A DNA stretch of 64,000 nucleotides from Plasmodiophora brassicae. Taxonomy: Eukaryota. Below are positions 12,316 to 22,322 of this stretch, piece by piece; position 1 is the stretch's first letter, and every line of letters starts with the position of its first letter. The position numbers were made by a program, and so were the translations under genes. The DNA is taken from the NCBI GenBank assembly GCA_036867785.1, contig CP145410.1:992001-1056000 (forward strand). The letters are read 5' to 3'. The notes under the pieces are model-generated. The model saw nothing but the letters and a program-made list of their open reading frames with translations. It had not been told where the DNA came from and made no database searches.

Positions 12316-13684
12316 ATGGCCGTCTCCGATGCCCAGCTGGGCGCCCTCGAAGAGGCGTACCGCCTGCAGCCATATCCGGGCCGCACCGCTATGGAGCAGA
12401 TCGCGGAAGATCTCGCTCTATCCATTCACGTGCGGCATATCGTATCCTGTGCAACCGTATGATTTTGACATTGCCAATGTACAGAAGGTGCGATGCTGGT
12501 TCAACAATCGTCGTGCACGAGCCACGCGCGAACAACAACGGCGCATCGCCGCGAGTCGCGCCAAAGCGATCGGCGAAGACGACGGACGACGGTTGAAGAG
12601 CGCAGCAGGTGAAGAAGGATGCGTGCCAAATCGCACTGCACGTCGTCTATCCTTGCCGGCGAACCTCGGCAATGGGCCTCTTCTGCCACTGGAGACTTTG
12701 GACGCCAATAAGCCGTATCGTCATCGGGCCACCGACGACCTGCGTTGTGAAGGCGAATCGAAAAAGCGGGACAGCACAGATGTACTGGTTGATACTGTTT
12801 CCCGCGAAGCAAACCTGATTCTGGCTCGCGTGAACGACCAACCGTATGGCTGGGCTACCTGCTAACCGCAAATCGTCACCTAATAGTCGCCTGTGCATAG
12901 GAACAGCAAGCTTAGAACGGACCAGTGCGTCCGCCTGCTGAGGACACTTGTGAACAAGGCGGAGACGTTTACGAATTATGATCTAGCCAAGGGGCTGTTC
13001 ATTCTCGTCGCGATCGCTCGTGCACTGGCGTACGGCATCGGGAACCTGTCCGACGCCAACCAGGACCGGACACGGTTCACGTCGTTCCTTGCTCATCGTC
13101 TGTTGTACGCCATTTTGAGGACGAGCCCGACCTCGATGACGCTAGAGCGTCGCGCCGACCTGCACCAATTGATTAAGTTCTTTGCGACGCGCGTCTCACA
13201 GTACGTTGATGTGGGCAACCTTGCCGTTCTGCCTGGGCTGTTCCTGGACCCGTGGCCTGAGAAAGGCACTCCTCTGAGGCGAATAATGCAGGGCGACTAT
13301 GCCAGCCATAAAGGGTTGCCGATGTTCCGCGAGATTGGGGAAGTTGCCCAAGCTCGTCTGGATGTCCTGATATCCAGCGGCCGTCTCTCCGAGGCCGCTA
13401 ACCTCGCGAAGTATTACGCCGACGGCGGTGTGATCCCTGGCGGGTTGTCACCGAGCGAGTTCTTCACACGCTATGTAAATATTCTGCTCGACATGAAACA
13501 GTTCGACGCGGCAGTGGGCGCCCTGCTGCAGAATCGGGCGATTTGCCAAGGTGGACGCGTCACCCACTGGACACAACGATTGATCGAAGCTGGATCTTCG
13601 AAGCATGCCGAAATCCTACTCCAGGTCCTCTCCACGTCCTCGTCGCTGCACAGCAGGGCACCTCAGTTATCACGAATGGTCTGA
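12316..13684 (+). CDS. Homeobox protein with C-terminal helical region (3 exons)
   Basis: Splicing the GT-AG intron at about 12430-12484 gives SDAQLGALEEAYRLQPYPGRTAMEQIAEDLALSIH|KVRCWFNNRRAR, a homeodomain. A second intron (about 12844-12900) joins in frame to ORF 12893..13684. Confidence 0.85.
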
Positions 13685-13787
13685 CACTCGTCTGACTTGT
13701 ATACATAATGAACGTGCCATCGGTTTGCGTCAAGGCATCACTTTCGAAAACCGTATTATATACCATATTTGTGGACCTGGGTCTGAA

Positions 13788-14459
13788 TCATTGCATAAGC
13801 TGTTGGAGCCGATCCTGGAGTTCAGTGGACCGGCTCGTGGTATCCTCGGCTGGTACGTGGACGCGCTCAGCGGGCACAGCAGGCATTTCGGACAGCTGCT
13901 CGCCGACTTTCAGTTCGGCAGCAATGTCATCGACCAGCGACTGTACGTTGTCGTTGACAGCAACGACGGGGGCCTTCTTCGATATGGTCGACGCGGCACC
14001 GTCAACAGCAACGGCCTGCTCCTCCCACTGGTCCATGATGTTCGCGATCGTTTCGAACTGCTTCGTCTCCAAGGCGCTGTTCAGTGTCGATGACAGCCGA
14101 ATGACTCCCGAAACGGCCTGCTGCTTGGCGATCATGTCCTTCAGGCGCGACGCGGCCACATCCATACGTGCCGCTAGCGTTGAATACTTCTGCTCCTGCT
14201 GCGCCTCGCGGATGCAATTCGCTGCGTGGACCTCGGCGAACTCATGCCGCCCTTCCTTGATTGCCTGCCGAAACCGTAACCGCATCAGTCGCGAATCGGG
14301 ATCCGGGCGCGCGTGCGCCCTCCGACCGACCTTGGCAACCAGGGCACGCTGCGCGCGAACGTTCTTCCTGCACCGGGCCGCCTCCCGCTCCAGCTGCTTG
14401 CCCGTGAACCGCAGGTCGAACAGGTGGTCGTCGACCGATTTGCCGGTGACATTGCCCAT
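13788..14459 (-). CDS. CHMP1: ESCRT-III subunit CHMP1/Did2/Vps46 (Snf7 family)
   Basis: Motifs LFDLRFTGKQLEREAARC, AEVHAANCIRE, LAARMDVAASRL and the C-terminal MIM-like ELQDRLQQL. One in-frame 66-nt intron at about 14265-14330. Confidence 0.85.
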   Translation of the reverse strand: MGNVTGKSVDDHLFDLRFTGKQLEREAARCRKNVRAQRALVAKVGRRAHARPDPDSRLMRLRFRQAIKEGRHEFAEVHAANCIREAQQEQKYSTLAARMDVAASRLKDMIAKQQAVSGVIRLSSTLNSALETKQFETIANIMDQWEEQAVAVDGAASTISKKAPVVAVNDNVQSLVDDIAAELKVGEQLSEMPAVPAERVHVPAEDTTSRSTELQDRLQQLMQ

Positions 14460-15088
14460 GGACGGCGCAATCCCATCGACAGGCGGACTCGTCGCTGCGG
14501 CGCGGTGCCGTGCGGGCCCCCGTCCCCCGGAGGCGTCGACCCGACTGACAACTGCCGCCCGACAGGTAGGCATGTGTGCCACGACCGTCGGCGTGACCAG
14601 TGCTATGTACCTCAACGGACGAAGACGTTGTGCGCGATCAGGAGTGGCATCCTGAACCGAACCGTCCTACCGCCTGGTCGTTGGTTTTGACCACTGGGCG
14701 GCTCTCGCCCTGGATGCCGCCAGGGGTACAGAGTATACGCAGCTGGCCGGCCTCGTGTGTGGTGCATCGTGTCATCAACGCATATGTGTCCTCTGCTGGG
14801 TGTATGCAGTCAGGTCTCCTGGGGATTCTGCCACCACCGAAGAACCTGTGTCGCGACCGGGACAGGTCCAGTCATTGCGACGTTCGACGCATGAGCTTCG
14901 AAGAGCCTTCAAACGTGCTGCCCGCCGTTACCCGTCGTCGGCCGGATCTGGTTATTAAACGGGTCGACTAGTACAGGGCGCTCCGCTTGAACCGGTCGGA
15001 TTCGGGAGGCAGTTACTGGATCGCGATCTGAACCCCAGCGTCTCGTCACTCGCTGGTGGGTGGGCCGACGGCGTCATCGTCGTCGCCG

Positions 15089-16585
15089 ATGGCCACCTGG
15101 GCGCCCAAGGCCGCCGTCCAGACGCCATGCGCGCCGACCCGGACGCCACAGCGGTCGGCGTCCGCCAGGGCGCCCGCCACCGAGAACGATCACGACGGCC
15201 AGCGCTGGAGACCGGAACGTGGGCCCGGGGCGCCAGCGCCCTTCACCGTTGCCGGAACCCGACCGTGTCGCTTCATCCCGAACCGGTCGTCGGCCGATTC
15301 GCCCTGGCAGGACCATTGCGTCCGCAAGCTGTTCGACAACGACGACGACGGCGACGCGAGCAGCCCCAGTCTTCAGTCGCCGTCGCGTCCCACGTTTCGA
15401 CAGTACCTGCTGGGCGCCCTGTTCGACAACGAGGACGCGCCCCGATCGAACAAGATCCTTCGGTTCCGACGGGAGGCCATAGGAGCGTCGTCGTCGACTC
15501 GTACGGCGCTTCGCGACGTGTTCGACCGGAACCGGGACGGGCACGATGACCCGTTGCGCGCCAGGGCGGCGTCGCACGGCGGGCGTCGACACATCAGCTC
15601 GACGCCCGAGAGGATCCTGGACTCGCCCGACCTCATCGACGACTACTACCTGAACCTGTTGCACTGGGGCGCGACGAACTCGGTCGCCATCGCCCTGTCC
15701 AACGCCGTCTACGTGTGGCAGGCGACGACGCAAACGACATCGCTGCTGACGAGGACGCCCGGCGATGTCACCGTCTCATCGCTGCGCTGGGACGACGAAG
15801 GCACCCGCCTGGCGATCGGCACCAGCCAACGCGAGGTCGAGCTGTGGGACGTCGATCATCAGCGATGCGTCCGGCGGATGGACGACCATCTCGACCGGGT
15901 GTCGGTACTCGCCTGGCGCCCTGGGTCGAGGAACGTCCTGACCAGCGCTGGGCGCGACGCCGTCATCGTCAACCGCGACGTTCGTGTCGGGCGCCCGTCG
16001 GTGGAGCGCTGCCAAGGGCACACGCAGGAGGTCTGCGGCCTGCAATGGAACCAGGACGGCACACAGCTGGCGTCGGGCGGCAACGACAACCTGGCGCTGA
16101 TCTGGGACGCCAAGGCGATGTCGCGGCCGAGGCTGGTGCTGAACCAGCACCAGGCGGCGGTCAAGGCGCTCGCCTGGTGCCCGTTCGAGCCCAGGCTGCT
16201 GGCCACCGGGGGCGGCACGGCCGATCGTTGCATTCGCCTGTGGAACGGCACGACGGGGGCGTGTGCCAGCACGGTCGACGCCGGCAGCCAGGTCTGCGGC
16301 CTGGTCTGGTCGTCGTACGAGCGCGAGTTGCTGTCGGCGCACGGCTTCTCGAAGAACCAGCTGACGATCTGGCGGTACCCGACCATGCAGCGTGCCGCCG
16401 ACCTGGTCGGGCACACGTCCCGCGTCCTGCACCTGTCCATGTCGCCCGACGGGTCCACGGTCTGCTCGGCGTCGGCCGACGAGACGCTCCGGTTCTGGAA
16501 GGTGTTCCGCGCCCCGGCCAGGAAGTTTGGCGACGCAGCGGCCGCCCGTTCGCCCGATGCCCTGCGCACGCTCAGCATTCGATGA
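15089..16585 (+). CDS. CDC20: APC/C activator CDC20/Fizzy (WD40)
   Basis: C-box-like CRFIPNR, KILR motif, RILDSPDLIDDYYLNLLHW, HTQEVCGLQW, HQAAVKALAWCP and the C-terminal IR tail. Confidence 0.93.
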   Translation: MATWAPKAAVQTPCAPTRTPQRSASARAPATENDHDGQRWRPERGPGAPAPFTVAGTRPCRFIPNRSSADSPWQDHCVRKLFDNDDDGDASSPSLQSPSRPTFRQYLLGALFDNEDAPRSNKILRFRREAIGASSSTRTALRDVFDRNRDGHDDPLRARAASHGGRRHISSTPERILDSPDLIDDYYLNLLHWGATNSVAIALSNAVYVWQATTQTTSLLTRTPGDVTVSSLRWDDEGTRLAIGTSQREVELWDVDHQRCVRRMDDHLDRVSVLAWRPGSRNVLTSAGRDAVIVNRDVRVGRPSVERCQGHTQEVCGLQWNQDGTQLASGGNDNLALIWDAKAMSRPRLVLNQHQAAVKALAWCPFEPRLLATGGGTADRCIRLWNGTTGACASTVDAGSQVCGLVWSSYERELLSAHGFSKNQLTIWRYPTMQRAADLVGHTSRVLHLSMSPDGSTVCSASADETLRFWKVFRAPARKFGDAAAARSPDALRTLSIR

Positions 16586-16688
16586 ATACAGACGGTCGTA
16601 CGTAGAGGAATGCAATGAGGCTGCGCGCGCGTGTGGCTGTCTGTGTGTGTGAGAGAGCGACAGCGATTGTGTAGACTGTCACACGGCG

Positions 16689-19600
16689 ATGGAGGAAGGC
16701 GAGGTCGTGCCAACATCGCTGGGCAGGTCCCCGGTCACATTATCGCCCGTGTACCAGGCGGTGAGCCTGGCCGACCGGAAGCTGACGTCGGTCGGCGCCC
16801 TGAGCGCGTACCCGGACCTACAACACGTCGATGTGTCCGGCAACCAGCTGGAATCCCTGGCCGACCTGACGCCGCTGTCGCAGATGCGTCGCCTGAACGC
16901 AGCCCGGAACCGCCTGTCGGTCTTCCCCGACTTTCGCCTTCCAGTCGCCGTCGACGACGATGCAGACGACGACGCCGACGTGGACGACTACCCGCGGTTG
17001 CTGCTGGACGTCAACGTCGCCGGCAACCAGATCCGGTCGTTCAACCTGCAGCAGCTGTCCTGGTTCCGGTACCTGACCCGGCTGGACGTCAGCGGGAACC
17101 AATTGCAATCGTTATCGGCGTTACGCGCCCTGCTCCGGCTGACCTACCTGAACGCGTCGCAGAACGCCATCGGCGACGTTGATGGCATCGGCCACCTGCC
17201 TCTCGTCGAGCTGAACGTCAGCGCCAACCGTATCGCGACGTTGGGCGGCGCCGGCCTGGCCATCAGCACGCTTCGGTATGTCGACCTGTGCGGCAACGTT
17301 CTGGACAGCCTGTCGGGGATCGCTGGGCACCGACACGTTGCCGTCGTGCACGCGCGCGACAACCGCATCAAGGCGCTGGCCGACCTGACCGACCTGATGG
17401 ACCTGGACCTTCTGAGGGACCTGGACCTACGCGGCAACCCGATCGGCGCGACGCCCGGCTACAAGGACGATGTCCTGTTCGCGTTGCCGCGACTCGAGAA
17501 GCTCGATGGGGACCCGGTCACGCCTGACAGCATATTACGGACCGAGGTGCTTCATGGCGTTCACGCCCACGTCCTGGAAGGCATCGAGGCGCAAGACGGC
17601 GAGGGGCCCGGCGACGACGAAGCCGGCGCGTTCTGGACGCATTGTGCCGGGCAACTCGTCATGCTGCCGTGGGAAGCGTTCCTTTCCGCGTCCCGATCCC
17701 GTCCAGCAACAGCGGTATCGCTGTCGGGCATCGGGGCGGGCGTATTCGGCCTGGCGGCGATCGCCAGCGCGCTGGACGAGAACCCGACGATTCGGGACGT
17801 GCACGTCGACGGCGCGATCTCGTCCCGACGATGGTCCTGGCGCCCTGCCTACTCCATGCGGGCGCTGCTGGCGGGTGCCCATCGGTTACGAACGCTCTCC
17901 ATGTGCGACTGCGACCTTGGCCGGGTCGAATCGCACGCCCTAGCCGAGTTCCTCGCCTCGTCGTCCTGTTTGCAGTCGTTGCTCGTCGCCGGGAACCATC
18001 TCGCTGACAACCGGACGCAGGCGGTACCGTCCGGCGCCATCGTGGACGTGGAAGCGTGCCCAGGGCTGCGCGCCCTGCTGGAGGCGGTTGCACGTTCGCC
18101 CGCGCTGACAACGCTGGACCTGTCCAGGAATCGGATCGTGAGCCGCGAGGCGGCTGTCGCGCTGTCGACGCTGATAAGCGAGGAACGCAGCCCAGACCTG
18201 GCGCTGAACCTGTCGGGCAACGAGCTGTCCCCGATGGGCGCACGCGCGCTCGTGACGGCGATTCGTGAGGCGCCCGCCCTGGCCAGCATCGACCTGTCCA
18301 GGTGCGGGATCGGTGCGGATCGCATCACGGTCCAGTTCCTGGGGCAGAGTATCGCCCTCAACGCGACTCGCCTGCAATCGGTGTCTCTGTCTGGCAGCCG
18401 GAGCCTCTCTGGCGACCTGACGACAACCCCGTTCGGCAGCGGTTCCCGTCTCCAGCGTATTGCCCTAGACGATTGCTCCCTGGCGACCGATGGCGTGACG
18501 GCAGTGGGCGCCTGGCTGTCCCAGGCGCCGTCGCTCACGCAGGTCGACGTGTCTGGGAATGTGGACGCCGACGTCAGCGTCTTCGTCGAACGGCTTGCCA
18601 CCGCCAAGACGTCGCTCGTCGACGTGAACGTCAGCGGGTGCCGAATGTCGTCACCAAAGGCGTACGGGGTCCTTCTGTCGAGGAACGCGGCGATCACGCG
18701 CTCTTTGCTGGCGACACCATCAGGGACCGTAACGATCGACCTGATCCCGTCCCAGGTCACCGACGTGGACGTATCCGGGATGGCGGGCGTTGATCGTGAT
18801 GTGCTGGTGGCGATCGGGTCCCGACGGAGCGTATCGTTGGCTGCCTGTGGCCTGCCAGGTGAGGTCCTGGCCCAGGCGATGTCGTTGCCGGTGACGCGAT
18901 TGCATCTGGGCGGGCGTCAGTCCGGGTGGAGCGAGATCAGCGCCCACCTGGACGTATCGTCGGCGTTGTCCCACGTTCGCCTGTTGGACCTGTCCCAGGC
19001 GGTCCTGCTGAACGCGGGGACCAAGGCGTTAGCAGCGATCCTGTCCGGTGGCAACGCTCGCGTACAGCACCTGTGCTTGGATCGATGCCGACTGGGTGAT
19101 GATGACGCCGTCCGGGACCTGCTCCTGGCCCTGCCGTCGGCACCTGTCGAGACGCTGGTCCTGTCGTCATGCAACCTCGGCGAGAACAACATTGACGACC
19201 TGGTCGAAGCGATACCGGCGGCAGGGGCGTTAGCGGTCGTGGACCTGGCCGGGAACCTGGTGGACGCGCAATCGTTGCTGGCGCTGGCCGGTCTCCTGGA
19301 GCGGAACCCGCCTGGCCTTCGTCGGTTGCGCCTACCGCGCCTGGCCTGCTACCGCCTGCCAGATCAGGAGGCGCAGGTGGCAACCTTGGACAAGGCAGCG
19401 GAGCAGATCGTCGATCTGTTCGAGGGGGCGCTCAGGAAGAACTCGTTCCTGAGCGAGCTGGACGCGAGCGAGATCCTCCCCGCGCATCATGCGATGCCGT
19501 TGCCGCTGAGGACCCGCATCGAACGCGCCATCCAGGATCATAACTCGACGGGCAGTAGGCTGTCGAGGTTGACGCTGGCGTCGATCGGGAGGGCAGCAAC

Positions 19601-19727
19601 CGACGAGCAGGCCGATCTCGTCGACAACCGCATCGCGGCACAGCTTGCCGTTAATCGCGTTCGTGGCGGCGACCTGTCCCCGACGCCCTGGTCCGACCTG
19701 GCGCGATGCAGGCTTGACAGCGAGTAA
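16689..19727 (+). CDS. LRR protein: N-terminal SDS22-type LRRs (LRGUK/LRRC23-like) followed by RI-like LRRs
   Basis: Intronless 1012 aa. LxxLDLSGN repeats with an LRRcap (LDLRGNPIGATPGYKDDVLFALPRLEKLDG), then RI-type repeats (LNLSGNELSPMGARALVTAI). Confidence 0.85.
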   Translation: MEEGEVVPTSLGRSPVTLSPVYQAVSLADRKLTSVGALSAYPDLQHVDVSGNQLESLADLTPLSQMRRLNAARNRLSVFPDFRLPVAVDDDADDDADVDDYPRLLLDVNVAGNQIRSFNLQQLSWFRYLTRLDVSGNQLQSLSALRALLRLTYLNASQNAIGDVDGIGHLPLVELNVSANRIATLGGAGLAISTLRYVDLCGNVLDSLSGIAGHRHVAVVHARDNRIKALADLTDLMDLDLLRDLDLRGNPIGATPGYKDDVLFALPRLEKLDGDPVTPDSILRTEVLHGVHAHVLEGIEAQDGEGPGDDEAGAFWTHCAGQLVMLPWEAFLSASRSRPATAVSLSGIGAGVFGLAAIASALDENPTIRDVHVDGAISSRRWSWRPAYSMRALLAGAHRLRTLSMCDCDLGRVESHALAEFLASSSCLQSLLVAGNHLADNRTQAVPSGAIVDVEACPGLRALLEAVARSPALTTLDLSRNRIVSREAAVALSTLISEERSPDLALNLSGNELSPMGARALVTAIREAPALASIDLSRCGIGADRITVQFLGQSIALNATRLQSVSLSGSRSLSGDLTTTPFGSGSRLQRIALDDCSLATDGVTAVGAWLSQAPSLTQVDVSGNVDADVSVFVERLATAKTSLVDVNVSGCRMSSPKAYGVLLSRNAAITRSLLATPSGTVTIDLIPSQVTDVDVSGMAGVDRDVLVAIGSRRSVSLAACGLPGEVLAQAMSLPVTRLHLGGRQSGWSEISAHLDVSSALSHVRLLDLSQAVLLNAGTKALAAILSGGNARVQHLCLDRCRLGDDDAVRDLLLALPSAPVETLVLSSCNLGENNIDDLVEAIPAAGALAVVDLAGNLVDAQSLLALAGLLERNPPGLRRLRLPRLACYRLPDQEAQVATLDKAAEQIVDLFEGALRKNSFLSELDASEILPAHHAMPLPLRTRIERAIQDHNSTGSRLSRLTLASIGRAATDEQADLVDNRIAAQLAVNRVRGGDLSPTPWSDLARCRLDSE

Positions 19728-19804
19728 ACCACGCCCGTTGAGATGGCTCTGGTTTCCCGAGAGAACCAATAGTTTACGAGTTCTGTTTCACACTGAAGGG
19801 TGCC

Positions 19805-21424
19805 CTACAACGTGGACGCGAACGTGTGCACGCGATCGCCAGTGGCAACGGCGACTGGGAAGATGGTGGACCCCAGCTTGGGTTGAATGGAATGCAGGAA
19901 CCGGCGCCGTACGATGTAGTGGAACACCAGCTCACCGGACAGGAGCAGGACGACGGATCCGATGATGGATAGGCCAACGGCCGTAACGATCCGTGAGCGG
20001 CGGCGAAGCTCGGCTTCTGCGACAGCCAAGGGAGGCGGCGTACAGCAACCACTCTGGGGATTCCGTCCTCGGTCGCCTGGCAGTCCAGGTGCGCTTGCAC
20101 TCTCGCCGCGACCGTCTGCGGGACGACCAATGTCGGGGTCGCGTCCTGCAGATCCAGCGTCAACGTCATGACCGGTGGTTTCAGTGGAGGGCGATGCGTG
20201 CGCTTCGCTTGGTCCGTCTCCGGGTTCGTCTGAGGTGTCACCCTCCTGAGGCCCGTTAACACGGTCATCCGGAATGCCCGTGCCAAAGTCATCATCAGCG
20301 GTTGGGTCAGCGCGATCGTCCGGTTCGTCTGAGGTGTCACCCTCCTGAGGCCCGTTAACAAGGTCTTCCGGAATGCTCGTGCCAAAGTCATCATCAGCGG
20401 TTCGGTCAGGGCGATCGTCCGCTTGGTGCCCACGAACAGGGCTGGCTGGAACGACCTCATCAACGGCTGCGTCATTTCGGATCGCACGCGTTCCTTGCGG
20501 CGATTGCATGTCAGATACGACAGGCGGGACGTCGGTTATTCTCAAAGCGGCAGGATGGTGTTCTGAAGGGGGTACGAATTCACGCAGGGTTTCTCCGGTC
20601 GGGATGTTCACCTCACCCAGAGTACACGTACGCAGGCTGGGAGGGCACCACGCCCTAGCAAGGAACCGTTCAACGGCCGGGCGTGTCTCCATGGTCCTGC
20701 GGCACGCGTCAACGTTGAGCCTCGGACATGCTTCCAATTAACGTCAGGCGAACATACGAAAGGAAGCGGAGTTCGACGTGTGCCGCCAAACCGTCAAACG
20801 CATCGGCCATGACATAAGGGGCACCGGTGTACGGGTCGTAGGCCGCAGCAGGGTTTGCGACGAGCGGGACGTAATCCCACGCAACCTCGACCTTGACCTG
20901 GGCGGGCAGGCCCTCGAACGCAGCAGACCCAATGAACGCTGGCTGTAGGATCCTGCGGTTCTATCAGCATCAGGTGTAAAGCAAAGAGGGGTGTCGTCCT
21001 ACTTGAGCTTCCGTAGAGCGGTCAGATGTGAGAAAACGCCTCGCTGTATATGCCACGACGACTGTTGTCCAGTGGCGTACCATTCACGTCCTTTGAACAC
21101 GCGACGTGTCCAGTGTCTATGCACGCGCGACGACCCACCATCACCATCCGTGCCAAGAAGCTTCAGCAGCGTGGCGTCCCCGCAATCCTCAAACCAGTGC
21201 GCTGCCAGCGGGTGATCATTCGAAACGCACGATCTGCAAGGCTCGTCAACGCTCGGATCGGTTGTCCCCCGCACACCTGCCTTCACCGACATTGTCTTGA
21301 TCCTCGAGCTCAGCGTGTGCGTTTCGCACTGGCAGAACCGACACGCGCTGCATGCCGACCCGACGATAGACGTCGCACACGATACGATGACCAGCGCCGC
21401 GAGTATGACGGGCGCGGTCATCAT
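19805..21424 (-). CDS. Predicted type I membrane protein: signal peptide, Cys-rich cap, degenerate LRR-like segments, acidic tandem repeat, C-terminal TM (3 exons)
   Basis: Signal peptide MMTAPVILAALVIVSC. Introns at about 20953-21002 and 20697-20757 join in frame. LRR-like segments IQRGVFSHLTALRKLKI, IGSAAFEGL and VMADAFDGL. TM IVTAVGLSIIGSVVLLLSGELVF followed by RRR. Confidence 0.7.
20223..20421. repeat. Intragenic tandem duplication, 2 x 99 bp (33-aa acidic unit)
   Basis: ggttcgtctgaggtgtcaccctcctgaggcccgttaac occurs at 20223 and 20322. It encodes DDxxDxTADDDFGTxIPxDxVNGPQEGDTSDEP twice. Confidence 0.95.
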
Positions 21425-21811
21425 GACTCACGACACCGGCGTGTCCGGTGCAAAACGGTGACGGCGGCGCCGCTCGCCAAAGGGCGACCCTGTCCCTGGG
21501 CGCCCCACGAACAACACGACCCAGTGGATGTTGCACGTGGCATTTTGGTTGGAAGACCAACAGGCTGGGTGCACGTCTTGCAGGCCCAATGACTAATGAG
21601 GCACCCACGCGATAGGCATACGTCTGTATGTATTACGCCACGTGCTGTCATCTACACACATAGGGCTTTTGCGGCGGCAACACAGCCAGTTATGTATCGA
21701 GGTCAGACAGGCATTCGCCCGGGACCTCGAGCGCCCTGCATCGGAGGCACCGTTCCGGAATACACGTATATTACAGGTGCTGTACGAGGTGATACTGCAG
21801 CGAAGTCAAGG

Positions 21812-22204
21812 TTAGCGACGAGCGGCGGCGTCGAGGACGTTGCTGAGGTCAGCAAGTGTGAAGTCCTTGTGGTAGTCCTGTTCGCCATCATCGACGTCGG
21901 TGGCATCTTCGGGCTTCTCGTCAAATATGACGGCATTGCCCAGGACCGGCCGTCCATACATCTGCGTCATCAGGCGATTCGGCGCGAAACGCTTCAGGTC
22001 GCCGCTGTCGTACGACGGCAGGTACGCCGTCAGGCGATGCCCGGGCGCCTTCAGGACGATCGCCTGGCACTCGTCTGCTGGCGCCAAATACTCCATCACA
22101 TGCCGCACGTGCGCCTCCCGGTCACTGTCCTTGCTGAACTGGACCTCAGCGGGCCCATCAGGGCGAACAACAACCGCTGTAAACGTACGGCGCTGACCAG
22201 CCAT
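21812..22204 (-). CDS. Small hypothetical protein, possibly DUF3846-like
   Basis: 130-aa intronless ORF from MAGQRR. The pattern AVVVRPDG...PNRLMTQMYGRPVLGNAVIFDE...DFT recalls DUF3846. Confidence 0.5.
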   Translation of the reverse strand: MAGQRRTFTAVVVRPDGPAEVQFSKDSDREAHVRHVMEYLAPADECQAIVLKAPGHRLTAYLPSYDSGDLKRFAPNRLMTQMYGRPVLGNAVIFDEKPEDATDVDDGEQDYHKDFTLADLSNVLDAAARR

Positions 22205-22322
22205 CTGATGATCTGAACGCGAAACTGCGCCGCAGTTTCCCGACTGAGTCTGACGTTGCCCCGCAGCTGCAGCGTCAGCAGTCGCTCCGGGCGCTCGTTG
22301 GCGGCACCGGAACGCAACAAAG

